From Lama glama (lineage: Eukaryota): DNA of 64,000 bases. Positions 52,222 through 64,000 of this stretch are shown in pieces. The translations under genes were made by a program, and so were the position numbers. The stretch is from the NCBI GenBank assembly GCA_028534125.1, contig CM052816.1, forward strand, positions 30,258,001-30,322,000, in the 5' to 3' direction. A model generated the notes under the pieces. The model made no database searches. It worked only from the letters and a program-made list of their open reading frames with translations, and was not told where the DNA came from. Position 1 is the first letter of the stretch, and every line of letters begins with the position of its first letter.

Positions 52222-52817
52222 TGTGGTCATCAGACTTCTAAGATAGCTCTCAGTGATCCCTGCTTACTGATACTCACACCCTGTGTAATCCTCTCAGCCT
52301 AAGTGTAGGCTGGACTTGGTGACTTGCTTCTAATAAATAGAATATTGGAAAAGTGACGGAATGTCACTTCTGAGATTAGGTTGTGAAAGACCGTGATGTC
52401 CACCTTGCTACCGCTTTCTGTCTCTTGCCTGTTCACTTGCTCACTCTGATGAAATCAGAGTTTCCATGTTGTAAGCTGCCCTCTGAGGAGACCTACATGT
52501 CAAGGAACTGAGGTGGGAGGCCTCTGGTTAATAGCTGGTGAGAGACTGAGCACCTCAGTCCAACAGCTAGCTCATGAGGAATGGAATCTTGGAACAACCA
52601 GGTGAGCGAGCATGGAAATAGATCTTGTGTCAGTGCAGCCTTAAAATGACAGCAGCTCTTGGTCAGCAACTTGATGGAAGCCTTGTGAGGGATCAAAGCC
52701 AGAGGACCTAGCTAAGCTGTGCTTAGGTTCCTGACATGCTGTGACATAATGAATACTGTGGTTTTAGGTCACTGAATTTTGAAGTAATATGTTGTACAGC
52801 TGTAGATAACTAATACA
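52222..52817 (+). mobile_element. MaLR solo LTR (MLT1E/F-like)
   Basis: tgtggtcatcagacttctaagat..tgtcacttctgagattaggtt..gataactaataca. Confidence 0.85.
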
Positions 52818-54425
52818 GACATCATGTCCTTGCTTAAGGATTTATGTTTGATTGCTTTCAGTAGAGAGCAAGGTGTTAGCCTTGTAAGCATGGTGAGTTT
52901 ATGAAGAAGTCGCTTAATAAGAACTTCAATAAAATGTAGGTGCTTCAGTTAATTAATTCAAGTCTTATTTGGAATTTTGGAAGATTAACTAGCAATCGTA
53001 TTCTCCAGTCTTCAAGTGAAATTTATGTTAAGCAGAGTGGTACTGTGTCACCCTTTGTTACCAGTAAAATGAAGAATCTCAGACTGTTAGGGCAAATCTG
53101 AACAAAGCATTTTGTTCTCAATAAAGGACTTGAAAAGGGCTTATTTAAAGCAAGTTTTATCCTAATGGAAATAAAGAGATTAAGCACTAGACTCATAGAA
53201 ACAATTTTTACAAGTGAAACCTGGAACACAGAAAATTCTTCCTCTGCTTAGACAGGCCTTACAATTATATTCTTGACCAGATCATTGGAAACATTATTGC
53301 TTTACGCAACATGGCGTACCCCTCTCAACAAATCCAAGGTGGGCGTATCCTCCAAGAGAAGATACTGTTCACTAACAGAAAATTAACTCAACCTCGCAGG
53401 TCTCATGCCTGTTTCATTTCTGTAAGGTTACAACTCAACAGTAGTCAACTACAAACATTATCAAGGCTCATGGACAAAGTGACTCTGTGGTTGTAAAGAG
53501 CTGTGATCAGTTTAGATCACCATGATTAAGAATTTATAAGACAGACAGGATATTTTAGTGAGATTTATCCATTTGGAAAAAGGTAGAGGTGTTTTGGTGC
53601 TGCCTTTCTCAGACAAGAATGCGCTCTGAGAAGACTGATTCTTTGAGTTCTTGATACATACTACCTTGATCTGCATCCTAGGATGAAATTGTTGAGTCGG
53701 CTAGTTTGGCTTATTTTCCCCTTTTATTGTGACTCTACCATAAGCCAGATCCTGTTCTAGAAAGTAAGGAGTTAAAAGTCAACATGAGACATTTCTGAAT
53801 TAGACTAACGAAAGAGTTAAACTGTATAGCTGTGCCAGTTTCAGCTAACCACTAATGTAAACTTAAAAATGCAAAATATGAAATCTCTTATCTCGTATGT
53901 GATATATGCATGTACTTTTAACCCAGCTCTCCAGGCTATTGGTGAAGACCTCATCACAGAATGGCTAGTGTGTTGCCTCTGTCTTGGTCTTGATAAGAAT
54001 CATCATCTTATTAGTCTGTCTTTAATTGGTTCTATGAGCATTTGCCACTTTTAGGGAGGAGCATTTCTATTTGTTGCAAAAATCATTTAGTTTCTCAACG
54101 TCACTCAAAGTTGGCTAGATATTTAAATACTTCTCCACAGATTTTAGCTCTGTTATGTTTTCTACTCTTCTTGTCTTTTTAATTGTCGTAACTGTTGTCA
54201 ATTAGGACTGTTTTTATTGTATGTAAAGGAAGGCCTAAGTCCAGTGGCTTAAGTAGAAGCAAAGTAAAGCAAAACAGAAACAAAACAAAAAATATATAAT
54301 TTATAGTCTCAAACTGAGAAGCCCAGGAGTAGAAATAGCCGCAGATGCCTGCATTGTTCAGGGCTCGGCCTCTCACTGTCCCATGCTGTGCTTTGTGCTG
54401 AGGTGACACAATCCAGGCACTTTCC

Positions 54426-54630
54426 CGGTGAGCCAGCAAAATGTTTCTGTGAAGGGCTACATAGCAAGTACTTTGAGATTTGTAGGCCAGATGGCCTCCG
54501 TTGCAGCTACACAGCTCTGACATTGCAGTGCCAAAGCAGCCATAAATATTATATAAACAAATGGGTGTTCTGTGTTCCAGTAAAATTTTCTTTACAAAAA
54601 CAAGCAATGGCTTACAATTTGCTGACCCAG
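54426..54630. mobile_element. MER58A-like MITE nested in an MLT1J/K-like LTR (~54190-54800)
   Basis: gccagcaaaatgtttctgtgaagggc..gttccagtaaaattttctttacaaaaacaagc..tttgctgaccc. Confidence 0.8.
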
Positions 54631-55129
54631 TGCAGGGGGTCAGTATGTTTTTGCATCTCTCATCCATGTCCAGAAGAAAGTGGTTCACTGTGCCAATAGT
54701 TAAATAGAAGTTCACTGTGCCCATACTTAGGTGCTTACTCACCCCAGTACTAAACACAAAGTGATGAAACAGTGTTTAGCATAAAGCAACTAGAGGGTGA
54801 GGAGAGGTTCACCCTAGTGACTCTCCATACTAAGGATGGAGAGCTGAGATCCATTGTTCTCTGCAGTAAACGTAGTGCACCTTCCTTTGCCTGCTCTCTG
54901 CCCACCTGGTGAGAAATGTTTCATGATCTTGTTATCTAAAAGTCTGTGCCTGTAAGAATTTTTCTAGAATCTCACTACACGTTTTTTCTATGCTCCAAGA
55001 CAATATCGAGACTTCCACTGTTCTGTACACACGAGAAATATGACAAGTGCCTGTGACCGTAACACTGTACTTGAGACTTCCTTGAAGTTACTGTTTCTTC
55101 GGCATTCTGTACGTCATATTTGCGACACA

Positions 55130-55290
55130 TATATGATCATATGAATCAGCTGGGGTATGTGTTAGAATGCAGATTCCTGGTTCTTGTCTGTCCCGGGCCT
55201 CCGAAATCTGACGTGAATCAGGGAAGGACCCCCGAATTGACATTTTCAAACCCTGGCCCAGGTGGTTCATGTAACGAGGCAAGTTTGGTA
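55130..55290. mobile_element. MER5A-like MITE
   Basis: gaatcagctgggg..aatgcagattcctgg..ccaggtggttcatg..aagtttgg. Confidence 0.7.
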
Positions 55291-57499
55291 AATCTTAACT
55301 CTGAGTAATGTTGCTTTAACGTTCACCATGTTTCGCTTGTATTGTATTTCGGGTTGAAGTTCAGACTTGCTCTTTCCAAACGTGATGCAAGTGTTGGCAT
55401 TCTCTGATTTACATCAGAGTAGTCTTTCAACATGGGTACATGTTAGGATCAGCTGGAAGCTTTTAAAACCTCTAGTGACTGGAGTCTCACCTCCTCCCGG
55501 AAGACTGACCAGCTACATGCGTGGCAGCCACTGGGATAAGAAGTACTTACACTAAAACTTATATGCAAGTTGTTCTTTCTTTATTTTTTTGTATAGGACA
55601 AGACTTACTCCGCACTGACATAATTTAACTGAAAAACTGTCACAGTATCCTTTACCACTCTAATATTGGAAACTTCTTCATGTAACTATTCAGGACAAGC
55701 TGTGGTAGGAGTCAGACTCTAAATAAATACAGTTATTTTCATTATACAGGAAATTTTCAAATTTTAAGTGAAAAGTTTTCTAAATCTCTACTATTGTTTC
55801 TCAGCCCCAAATAGTGTCAGCAGTGTATTTGCATAGGTTAATATGCAATTGTTTATTGAAACTAATCAGAAATTGTCTTTTCCTAAAATGATGAACTTAG
55901 ACTTTGCAAATTAAATTATGATGTAAATATTGCTCAATTTACAGTTATTAAAATGGCACAGTATTAAGAGGTAATTATATAGGTGTTAGATACTTCTTTT
56001 AAGATGGAAACAAACTCCAGAATCAAGGATACCAAGCTTAGTGATCAGGCCACACACTCAGATTCTTTCAGGCAGATTCAGTGAGTTGGGTAGGATCAGT
56101 GTAAGTGTACAGGAGCCAAAAGAGATGGGCACTAGGGAGCACCGAATTGAGTGTCTGGATTATCCTAGGTGCTAACAGTGTATACTTTCCATAAATTCTC
56201 AGAAACCATCTGAAGTAGTAATATTTTCTCCCTTCTTGGGTAGGGAAACAAATAACCTGCCATAGTTTAAAAATGTATAGTTATTTGAGTCCTGATTCTG
56301 TCCAAACCCACACTCTTACGTCCTATCATTGTCCCTCACTGAGAACACAGCAGCAGTAAAATGATGGGAGATTAGAACTGGGGAAGACAGTAAAGACTGT
56401 TAGAAATGGGGCTTTGGTATTGATTCAGATAACTTGCAGTCCTCAAAATCTGTCATCTCAAAATTTTGTATAATTTGACTTGCATTATGCTTATGGGTCT
56501 AGATAAGTCCTAGAAAGTAACCATTAGGAGATGCTGACAAAGGAATTCAGGCTTGTGAGCAAGTACAATGTGTAAAGAACACAACCACAGATCACTGTGG
56601 ATGGTGATGTGGAGACTGAAAGGGGAGGAGCTCTTTGCCAACAGTAGGAGCAGAGTGTGGCATCCAAGGCACCTGATTCAAGGGCAGGCAGGTAGCATCC
56701 GGCAGAATGGCTCAGCAGATGCTCACGTGTCCAGCTCATGAGAAGGGGGTGTCAGGTGGAGCCGAGCCCCACCTCTCTCTGATCCAGAGAGAATTAGCAA
56801 CTAAGCAGGAAGGATTCATGGAGAGGGATAATTGCAGAGGCCATGTAGAGGGCCTGGATCAAACAGCAGTCCAGAGCTGGACCGGGAGAAACTGTGGAAT
56901 TGGGATGTGGAGTAGTTCAGTTCCTCCTGTTTCACGTTGAGTTGGTCCTAGGGACTGAAAGTGAAGCTGAGACTGTAAGAGGCACGTGGTTCCTGTCTGC
57001 TGAGAGAATTGAGCTTACCAGCTCTAAGAATCGGCCTTCTCCAGCTTTTTCTGCAAATGTTGACTCAAAGGCTGACCTCAGCATATCCAATATAAACCGC
57101 TTTCTTCTGGTCCTAGAATTTGCCTTATAAATAAAAAATCTAGAGTTGATGCCATTAATTGGGTATAGTCTGTCACAGAGTGAAGCTCTTGATGTAATTG
57201 ATCTCTCAGTTATACATGGATCCTCTAGTGTACATCAAAACAATCTGTTTGGAGAAAAAGTCTTCAGATCAAATTTACATTATAATTGGTAAACATAAGA
57301 GTGAAACTAATTTCTCTGACCCCAGAAGTAAACATGCTTCTGGGTCTCCCTTTATCTAAGACCCAATTACTATAATTAAAGAGAAAAAAATGTAAAAGGG
57401 AATACATCCACTCAATCCCCAGGACCTCCATTAAATAAATGAATGAGTGAATAAATAAAAAGCACCCCTAATTACCTCCCCCACCCCAAATATTTTTTA

Positions 57500-58950
57500 A
57501 AAGGAATACATCCAAGCCAATGAGGAAGTTATGGTGGAATGGGGTTATTAGTGGATGGCATTTCAACAAATTTCTGGAAGACAGAGATCAAGTAATAGGG
57601 TTTTAACAATCAAGCGAGAAGGAGAGAATCATGGCCAGAATCAAAGGGACACCGACCAAGAAGGGAGACAGATAATCTCGCTCCCAGCACTCACAGAAGC
57701 TCCAGGTTTAGGTTCAGACGATGATATGGAGAAGAGCGAAAAACAGGTGGTTAACTGAAAGTTTATCTATGGAGCGTATGCAGTGGAGATCTCTCTTGCC
57801 GCCTTCTTCCTTACCAGCCTATCAAGATCCTAATAAGTACCTCTCTACAAAAAAGGAAGGCTTTTTTTCCTAAAGGGATTGTATTAACCAATCAAAGATG
57901 ACTGGCGCTGTAAGGTTGAGGGTTGGTCTCCAGAGCACTGCTCTCCTTATTCTGACAGTTGGAAAGTCCCAACTTAGTGAAAAACTACTCATTCATTTGG
58001 AGGCAAACCAAATCCTCCAAGTCAAACTATACGCTTTTATTCAGAACCTTCAGTTCTGAATAAAACTTTCTACCCCCTAATTTTTAACCTTAGAAGAATA
58101 ACAGTGGATCACCAGATACTTGAAGAAAATAGGTAATATGAAAAAGAAAAAAATTCAAATAAACCAACAGACCTGATCCCAGAAGAAAAAGTGAAAATTC
58201 AGAAAAAGTGAAAATCCTGTAAATATCCACAGTGTAGTTCAAGATGACCTTGTACCCACAAGGCATGAACAGGGTATTAAGAAAAAGGAGCATTAAAAAA
58301 AAATAAAGATAATGTAGAAATTTAAAGTTATAATTATTGAATAGCAATTTTAGCAAAGATAATGATAGTAAAGTCACATAGAATATAAAATAAAAATAAG
58401 ATATGATAAAATTGTTTTAGGAATAAATGGGCCAACTTAGTAGGAGCAGAGAAACACATTATACTCCTCCTCAGCAACGTTAGGTGTTAGAATAAAATGG
58501 AATGATATCCTCATATTTTCAAGGGAATGCAGTTTTGAAAGTAAAGTTCCCAGTTAGATTGTGAATTACACGTGAAGGTGTAATTAAAACATTTTCAGAT
58601 CTACAAGGACTCCGAAAGAGTACCCATGCACCATTCTTACGGAAGTCATCTTAGGCATAGTCCAGCAAAACGAGGGCAAAACCAAGAAAGGCGTGACTTA
58701 CTTGAAATTAGGAAACTAGACCAAGTGTTCGATGAAAAGAAATTCTAGGAAGAGAGCAGTGAATGGGTCTGGAAAGTGATTTGTTCAATCAAAAGAGGAA
58801 ACTTATAAGCTCTAAGGAAAAAAGTCTTCACAGATAAAGAATGAAATAGTATCTGCCAACAGGAAGGGCTAATAAGAGAAAATATTAATGAGACGAACAA
58901 GTTATGGTTCTTCTGTCAACAAATAAAAAGAAAGACAGAAACTCTGGGGG
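57500..58950 (+). mobile_element. Old L1/HAL1 5' and ORF1-like fragment
   Basis: ctcagcaacgttaggtgttagaataaaatggaatgatatcctca..aaaacattttcagatctacaaggactc. Confidence 0.55.
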
Positions 58951-59009
58951 TGGATGTAGTGAGAGTGGACAGAGAGGGGAACTGCCTGGTAAAGTTATTG
59001 TTTATATGG

Positions 59010-59205
59010 GTGCATCTTAACTTTGGCTGCACACTAGGGTCACCTAGAGAGCTACCAAAATCCCAATCTGGGGAGCTATCAAAATTCCGTGCTCAGGCTT
59101 CACCCTAGTATCATTACTTCAGAATATAGTTGTTGTTATCCAAGAAACTTAATGCATCTAAAATTCCCTGGTCAATTCCAATGTGCAGTCAGGGTTAAGG
59201 ACTGC
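59010..59205. mobile_element. MER5-family MITE
   Basis: tcttaactttggctgcacactagggtcacct..ccaatgtgcagtcagggttaaggactgct. Confidence 0.7.
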
Positions 59206-59559
59206 TATTTTCAGTATAAGCAAGATAAGTTTTGACATGATTTTGAGAAATTGAAGAAAAATAAAAACAAGTAATGTATTTTGACTTTGATGCAAGGATC
59301 AAAGAGATTCTGACAAGAAAAATAGAAATTCTATGATCTTTTGCTGTGTAGTTAACTATATTTATATCATTAAAGAAGATAAAAATTCGTTTCGTTTTTA
59401 ACTTTTAGAATCAGTTTATGAACAGTGTTATAATAGAAATTCTATTTTGTGTTGATTATCTTTCATTCATCACCTGGCAGGGGTTTACATATTTTAAATA
59501 TCGTCTTTGAAAAATAAGCAATGAATATTTATAACATCATTTATTTTGCCCAGTATAAA

Positions 59560-59875
59560 TTAAGAACAACACTGTCCCCTCACTTCATTCCATTCCTGGC
59601 TGAAATGTGAATTCCTCAGAGAAACCCCTTCCACCATATACACACCCCCATCTACATATAACATAGCAGCCTCCATCATTCTTAACTCTCTTATTTCCCT
59701 TAGTTTTTCTTCATAGCATATATCCCCACCTAACTTCTTTATGCACCTATTTTTGTCTCTCATTCCCACCTTTCTGAAAAAATACGTTCAGTGAAAGGCG
59801 AAAAGAAGTTTTTGCTTAAGAGGATACTTAAGAGGCACTCCATAAACACATAGGAAATAAATCAATGAATGAATT
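59560..59875 (+). mobile_element. L2 3' end
   Basis: cctcacttcattc..aaatgtgaattcctcagaga..aatgaatgaa. Confidence 0.7.
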
Positions 59876-60794
59876 CAGCAGTAAGGTCTATAAGAGCACG
59901 GGCTATGCCTTTCTTGTATTCTACTATCAGAGTGTTATTTTGAACCTTGGTACAAATATTTGCAAGTCTATACGACAGAGTATAGGTCTGTTCCCAGGGA
60001 GCAAGTTTAGTTAATTTACCTGCTCTAATACTTCTTACAGTTTTATATAATAGAACTTATATAATTTATATAAATATATTCATTCATACCCTATTATTTT
60101 CAAAGCCCTGGATAAGGCAGCAAGAAACGTTAAGTCTTGTTGCTTGATACTCATGATATGACTGCTGACCTTGCTGTGTTCATTTCAGCTTCTATTCAAA
60201 CTGTTGCCTCCCAGACCTGTTTAAAATGAGATATGAAAAAAAAATCCAGATAAAACATTTGAACATGAACTCATCCATTATACATGAAAACGTGTGATCT
60301 CAAATCGTTAAAAAATAATACTCATACAAATAGTTCGCACGTTTCCAAATTTTATTTAATTCATTAATATGGGATGACAAAGGTGATTTAACAAGGATAT
60401 GAGAAATTCAGATTTATAAGGTCAGTGGAAAAAGAAATTTGGAATGAGATTGCTTAGTCTGATACAAAACTCATTAATATCCTACAAGGCAATAAGCTGT
60501 AACCTTTGGGGGATATCTCCTCTATCAAACAGAAAAAAAAAATCACACTTGGTTCATTTCCCACATATCAGCCTCTAACTTTGCAGTTATAAGATGCATG
60601 AGCCTTAATCAACTGTGCATAGTAAATCAAAATTATATCCCATGAGAGAAGAAGATGACCCTCAGGCATTCTTGTCAGAAAATGCTCTAGTAACATTTTG
60701 AAAATTATTGAACTCTTCTTTTGACCTTATTTCCAAGTTTTGATTATTTTCCTGAACATACACTAGGTAACTAATCCTAAATGGTGGAGTGGGG

Positions 60795-61160
60795 AAATAC
60801 ACTAAATGAATTTAGTCAGACAGAGGAAGACAAATAATGTATGATATCACTTATGTGTAGAATCTAAAAATTAATACAAACTAGTGCATATAACAAAACA
60901 AACAGACACACAGATGTAGAGAACAAACTAGTGATTACCAGTGGGGAGAAGGGGTGGGGAAGAGGCAGTAAAGGAATAGGGGGCTAAGAGGTACAAACTA
61001 TCACGTATAAAGAAATAAATTACAAGGATGTATTGTACAATGAAGAGAATATAACCAAAAGTTTATAAGTAGAGTATAATCTTTAAAAATATGAATCACT
61101 GTGTTGTATACTTATAACTTATATAAAATTGTACATCACTCGTATCTCAGTAAAAATATA
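60795..61160 (+). mobile_element. L1 3' end
   Basis: agtcagacagaggaagacaaata..gagaacaaactagtgattaccagtgggg. Confidence 0.85.
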
Positions 61161-61779
61161 TATACTATTTTTAAGGGAAAGAAATCGGTGTTGAAACAGC
61201 AGAGACGATATATTACGTGAGTATTTTGCAGAAGTCATCTCACTTTAAAAGTGATGGAGGTAATTTGTATTATATTTGTCTCACTCCTCCAAGTGATACC
61301 AATATTTGAAAACAATCTCAGCTCCTCAGAAGAATTATGTTGTAAAATGCATAGTGCTTCTCCTTTTTTGAAATAAACTCAGTCATTTATGTATACAACT
61401 GCCTAATATATTAGTAATAGCCAATATTTTATAATAATTTTTAATGGAGTATAATCTATGAAAATATTGAATCACTGTGTTGTGTACCTGAAACTAATAT
61501 AATATTGTAAATTAACTATAATTCAATTTTTTTTAAAGTATAAGTTGAAGGAAAATTTTTAAAAAATAAAGTTGCTAAGCCATAGGAACAGGCTTTATCC
61601 AAGGTGCTGGAGAGTACTAAGCTGCTTCTGTTTTGGGGCGCGAGCCTTAAGTAAAGTGCTGATCACCTTCTATTTTCTCATCTCTTCCACCTCCTGGTGC
61701 ATCTCTTCTTTCCCGCCTGATACCCTACAACTGCCTGATATACCTTTGTTCTTTTTTTTTTTTAATAAACACACACCCT

Positions 61780-62651
61780 TTTTAAACATTTTTTATTGAT
61801 TTATAATCATTTTACAATGTTGTGTCAAATTCTAGTGTAGAGCACAATTTTTCAGTTATACATGAACATATATATATATTCATTGTCACATTCCTTTCTC
61901 TGTGAGCTACCAGCAGATCTTGTACATATTTCCCTGTGCTATACAGTATAATCTTGTTTATCTATTCTACAATTTTGAAATCCCAGTCTGTCTCTTCCCA
62001 CCCCCCACCCGCTTGGCAACCACAAGTCTGTATTCTATGTCTATGAGTCTATTTCTGTTCTGTATTTATGCTTTGTTTGTTTTTTTGTTTTTTGTTTTTT
62101 TGTTTAGATTCCACATATGAGCGATCTCATATGGTATTTTTTTTTCTCTTTCTGGCTTACTTCACTTAGAATGACATTCTCCAGGAGCATCCATGTTGCT
62201 GCAAATGGCGTTATGTTGTCGGGTTTTATGGCTGAGTAGTATTCCATTGTATAAATATACCACCTCTTCTTTATCCAGTCATCTGTTGATGGACATTTAG
62301 GCTGTTTCCATGTCTTGGCTATTGTAAATAGTGCTGCTATGAACACTGGGGTTCAGGTGTCTCTTTGAAGTAGGGTTCCTTCTGGATATATGCCCAGGAG
62401 TGGGATTCCTGGGTCCTATGGTAAGTCTCTTCCTAGTCTTTTAAGGAATCTCCATACTGTTTTCCACAGTAGCTGTACCAAACTGCATCCCCATCAGCAG
62501 TGTAGGAGGGTTCCCCTTTCTCCACAGCCTCTCCAACATTTGTCATTTGTGGACTTTTGAATGATGGCCATTCTGACTGGTGTGAGGTGATAACCTCATT
62601 GTAGTTTTGATTTGCATTTCTCTGATAATTAGTGATATTCAGCATTTTTTC
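61780..62651 (-). mobile_element. Young camelid-type L1 3' end
   Basis: ORF 62104-62346 [27 protein letters not shown] = L1 ORF2 C-terminus; highly similar to 26625-27303. Confidence 0.95.
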
Positions 62652-63069
62652 AAACCATACCAAACCTTTGTTCTTAAGAGCCGTTAGCAAGCACCACCTG
62701 CTTTCTCTGGAGTATGCTTAAGTCTCTGGACCTCTTACAGTCCAATGAGTACTATAAGTTGTTTCCTTACTTGGTTACACCTCTTGATAATTTACGTTAC
62801 ATATATTGTTATATCTATTGTACATTTATATTAGGAAAAATGTTAAGTTTTACAATATTTTATAGGTTTGACAGAAGATTTAGTTATTATTTCATAAAGA
62901 AATTGTAATACAAAATACCTTGTTTAGCATTGTGAAGTGGGGCAGGTTGGTACAATGGCTCTCATGCCTAACCAAGTGTTAGTACTGATAAAAATGTGTA
63001 TTTATCACGGATTTTGTCAGCTCTGTAGCTAGGATGCTGGAGGTTGATTTTGAACCTTGTCCTTGACTG

Positions 63070-63255
63070 TTCCAGTGATTCTGAAATGTGGTCTCTAGAC
63101 CAACACCCTCAGCATCCTATGGCAAATTTCTAGAAAAGCAAATTCTTAGACCCCACTTAGAATCTTCTCAATATAAACTTTTGGAGTAGAACATATATTT
63201 TGTAATTTCCAAGTTCTCCAGATACTCCCCCATAATAAAGTTTGAGAACTACTGG
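63070..63255. mobile_element. MER5A/B-like MITE
   Basis: cagtgattctgaaatgtggtc..aaagtttgagaactactg. Confidence 0.75.
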
Positions 63256-63279
63256 AGTACAATATTTGTGTCAGCCTAA

Positions 63280-63740
63280 ATAAAATATTTAACTCCTTTG
63301 GGTAAATCAGCATCCTCATTGATAAAAAGGGGTTAAAAATATTACCTCTACTCAGGCAGTAGTCATAAGTGAAAAAAATCCATGTAAGTAGCTTAATACA
63401 GTGCTTAGCACTGAGAGGCTATTCAATAAATCTTAGCTATTCTTATTAGCTATTAAACTCTGACCTTTGAGCCATTTATTATTGATTGCCTAGAACCTAA
63501 TATGGCTTTTCCACTCTTCCCAACTCTGTCTCCTTTAACCCTCATTCTTACAAGTGGAGGAAAATGTTCTCAGGAGAATAAATAATTCAAGTTGGGGTTC
63601 AGGTAATATGGACACTGCTAGTTATGTATGTTATTAAAATTCTCTAATTTTTAGTTCCTCCACAGTGAAATTGGAATAGTCATTTCTTTGTGTGGCTATC
63701 GAGAATGAAATACAATGAAATGTAGAGAGCTTCTAAAGTA
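63280..63740 (+). mobile_element. MIR fragments
   Basis: catgtaagtagcttaatacagtgcttagcac..caataaatcttagctatt; gaaattggaatagtc..gaatgaaatacaatg. Confidence 0.6.
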
Positions 63741-64000
63741 GGGTCCATGTTAGGTGTCCACATTCATAGCTGCTGCTCCAGTCTTCTATTCACTGTCCTT
63801 CTGGCTTCTGACTCTTTCTCTTTCATTGTTATTCTTTGTGATTTGTTTTCCAAGATTCTAAGGCATGATACTGGATGGAACCTAAGAGTTTCAAAAATAG
63901 TTAATCCCTTCTCAGTACATATGAATTAGATGCTTTCCATCTCGTAGTATCTTAGATCACTTTCCCCAAGAAACAGACTGAGATCAGAGTTTGTGTGCAG

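Noticed and set aside
54179..54757. Longest ORF (192 aa)
   Set aside because: Lies across MER58A and MLT1 repeats; chance ORF
1..64000. Prokaryotic features (CRISPR, operons, rRNA)
   Set aside because: Mammalian repeat-rich DNA; no arrays or rRNA seen

Overview
Mammalian non-coding DNA, almost certainly from a camelid (Vic-1-type tRNA-derived SINE, camelid-type L1 3' ends). It is AT-rich and full of interspersed repeats: L1, HAL1, L2, MIR, MaLR, solo ERV LTRs, MER3/5/58 and a Tigger1 derivative. I can support no intact protein-coding gene, and the supplied ORFs are mostly repeat-derived or chance. The main result comes from manually translating the non-repeat islands in the first ~24 kb on the minus strand, which suggests a heavily decayed tandem cluster of Toll-like receptor (TLR) relics. 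Unit A (~23610->15960) has LRRNT, LRRs, LRRCT, a juxtamembrane motif and TIR boxes in the right order, and resembles the TLR1 subfamily, most closely bird/reptile TLR15 as I recall that sequence. Unit B (~14410->1990) has LRRs, a TM-like part and a TIR with TLR11-subfamily flavour. Two weaker relics are a TM+TIR-like piece at 15.0-15.7 kb and an LRR start running off the left edge. All are broken by stops, frameshifts and ancient TE insertions. All homology calls are by eye and from memory, repeat subfamily names and most repeat boundaries are approximate, and tBLASTn/HMM confirmation is needed.
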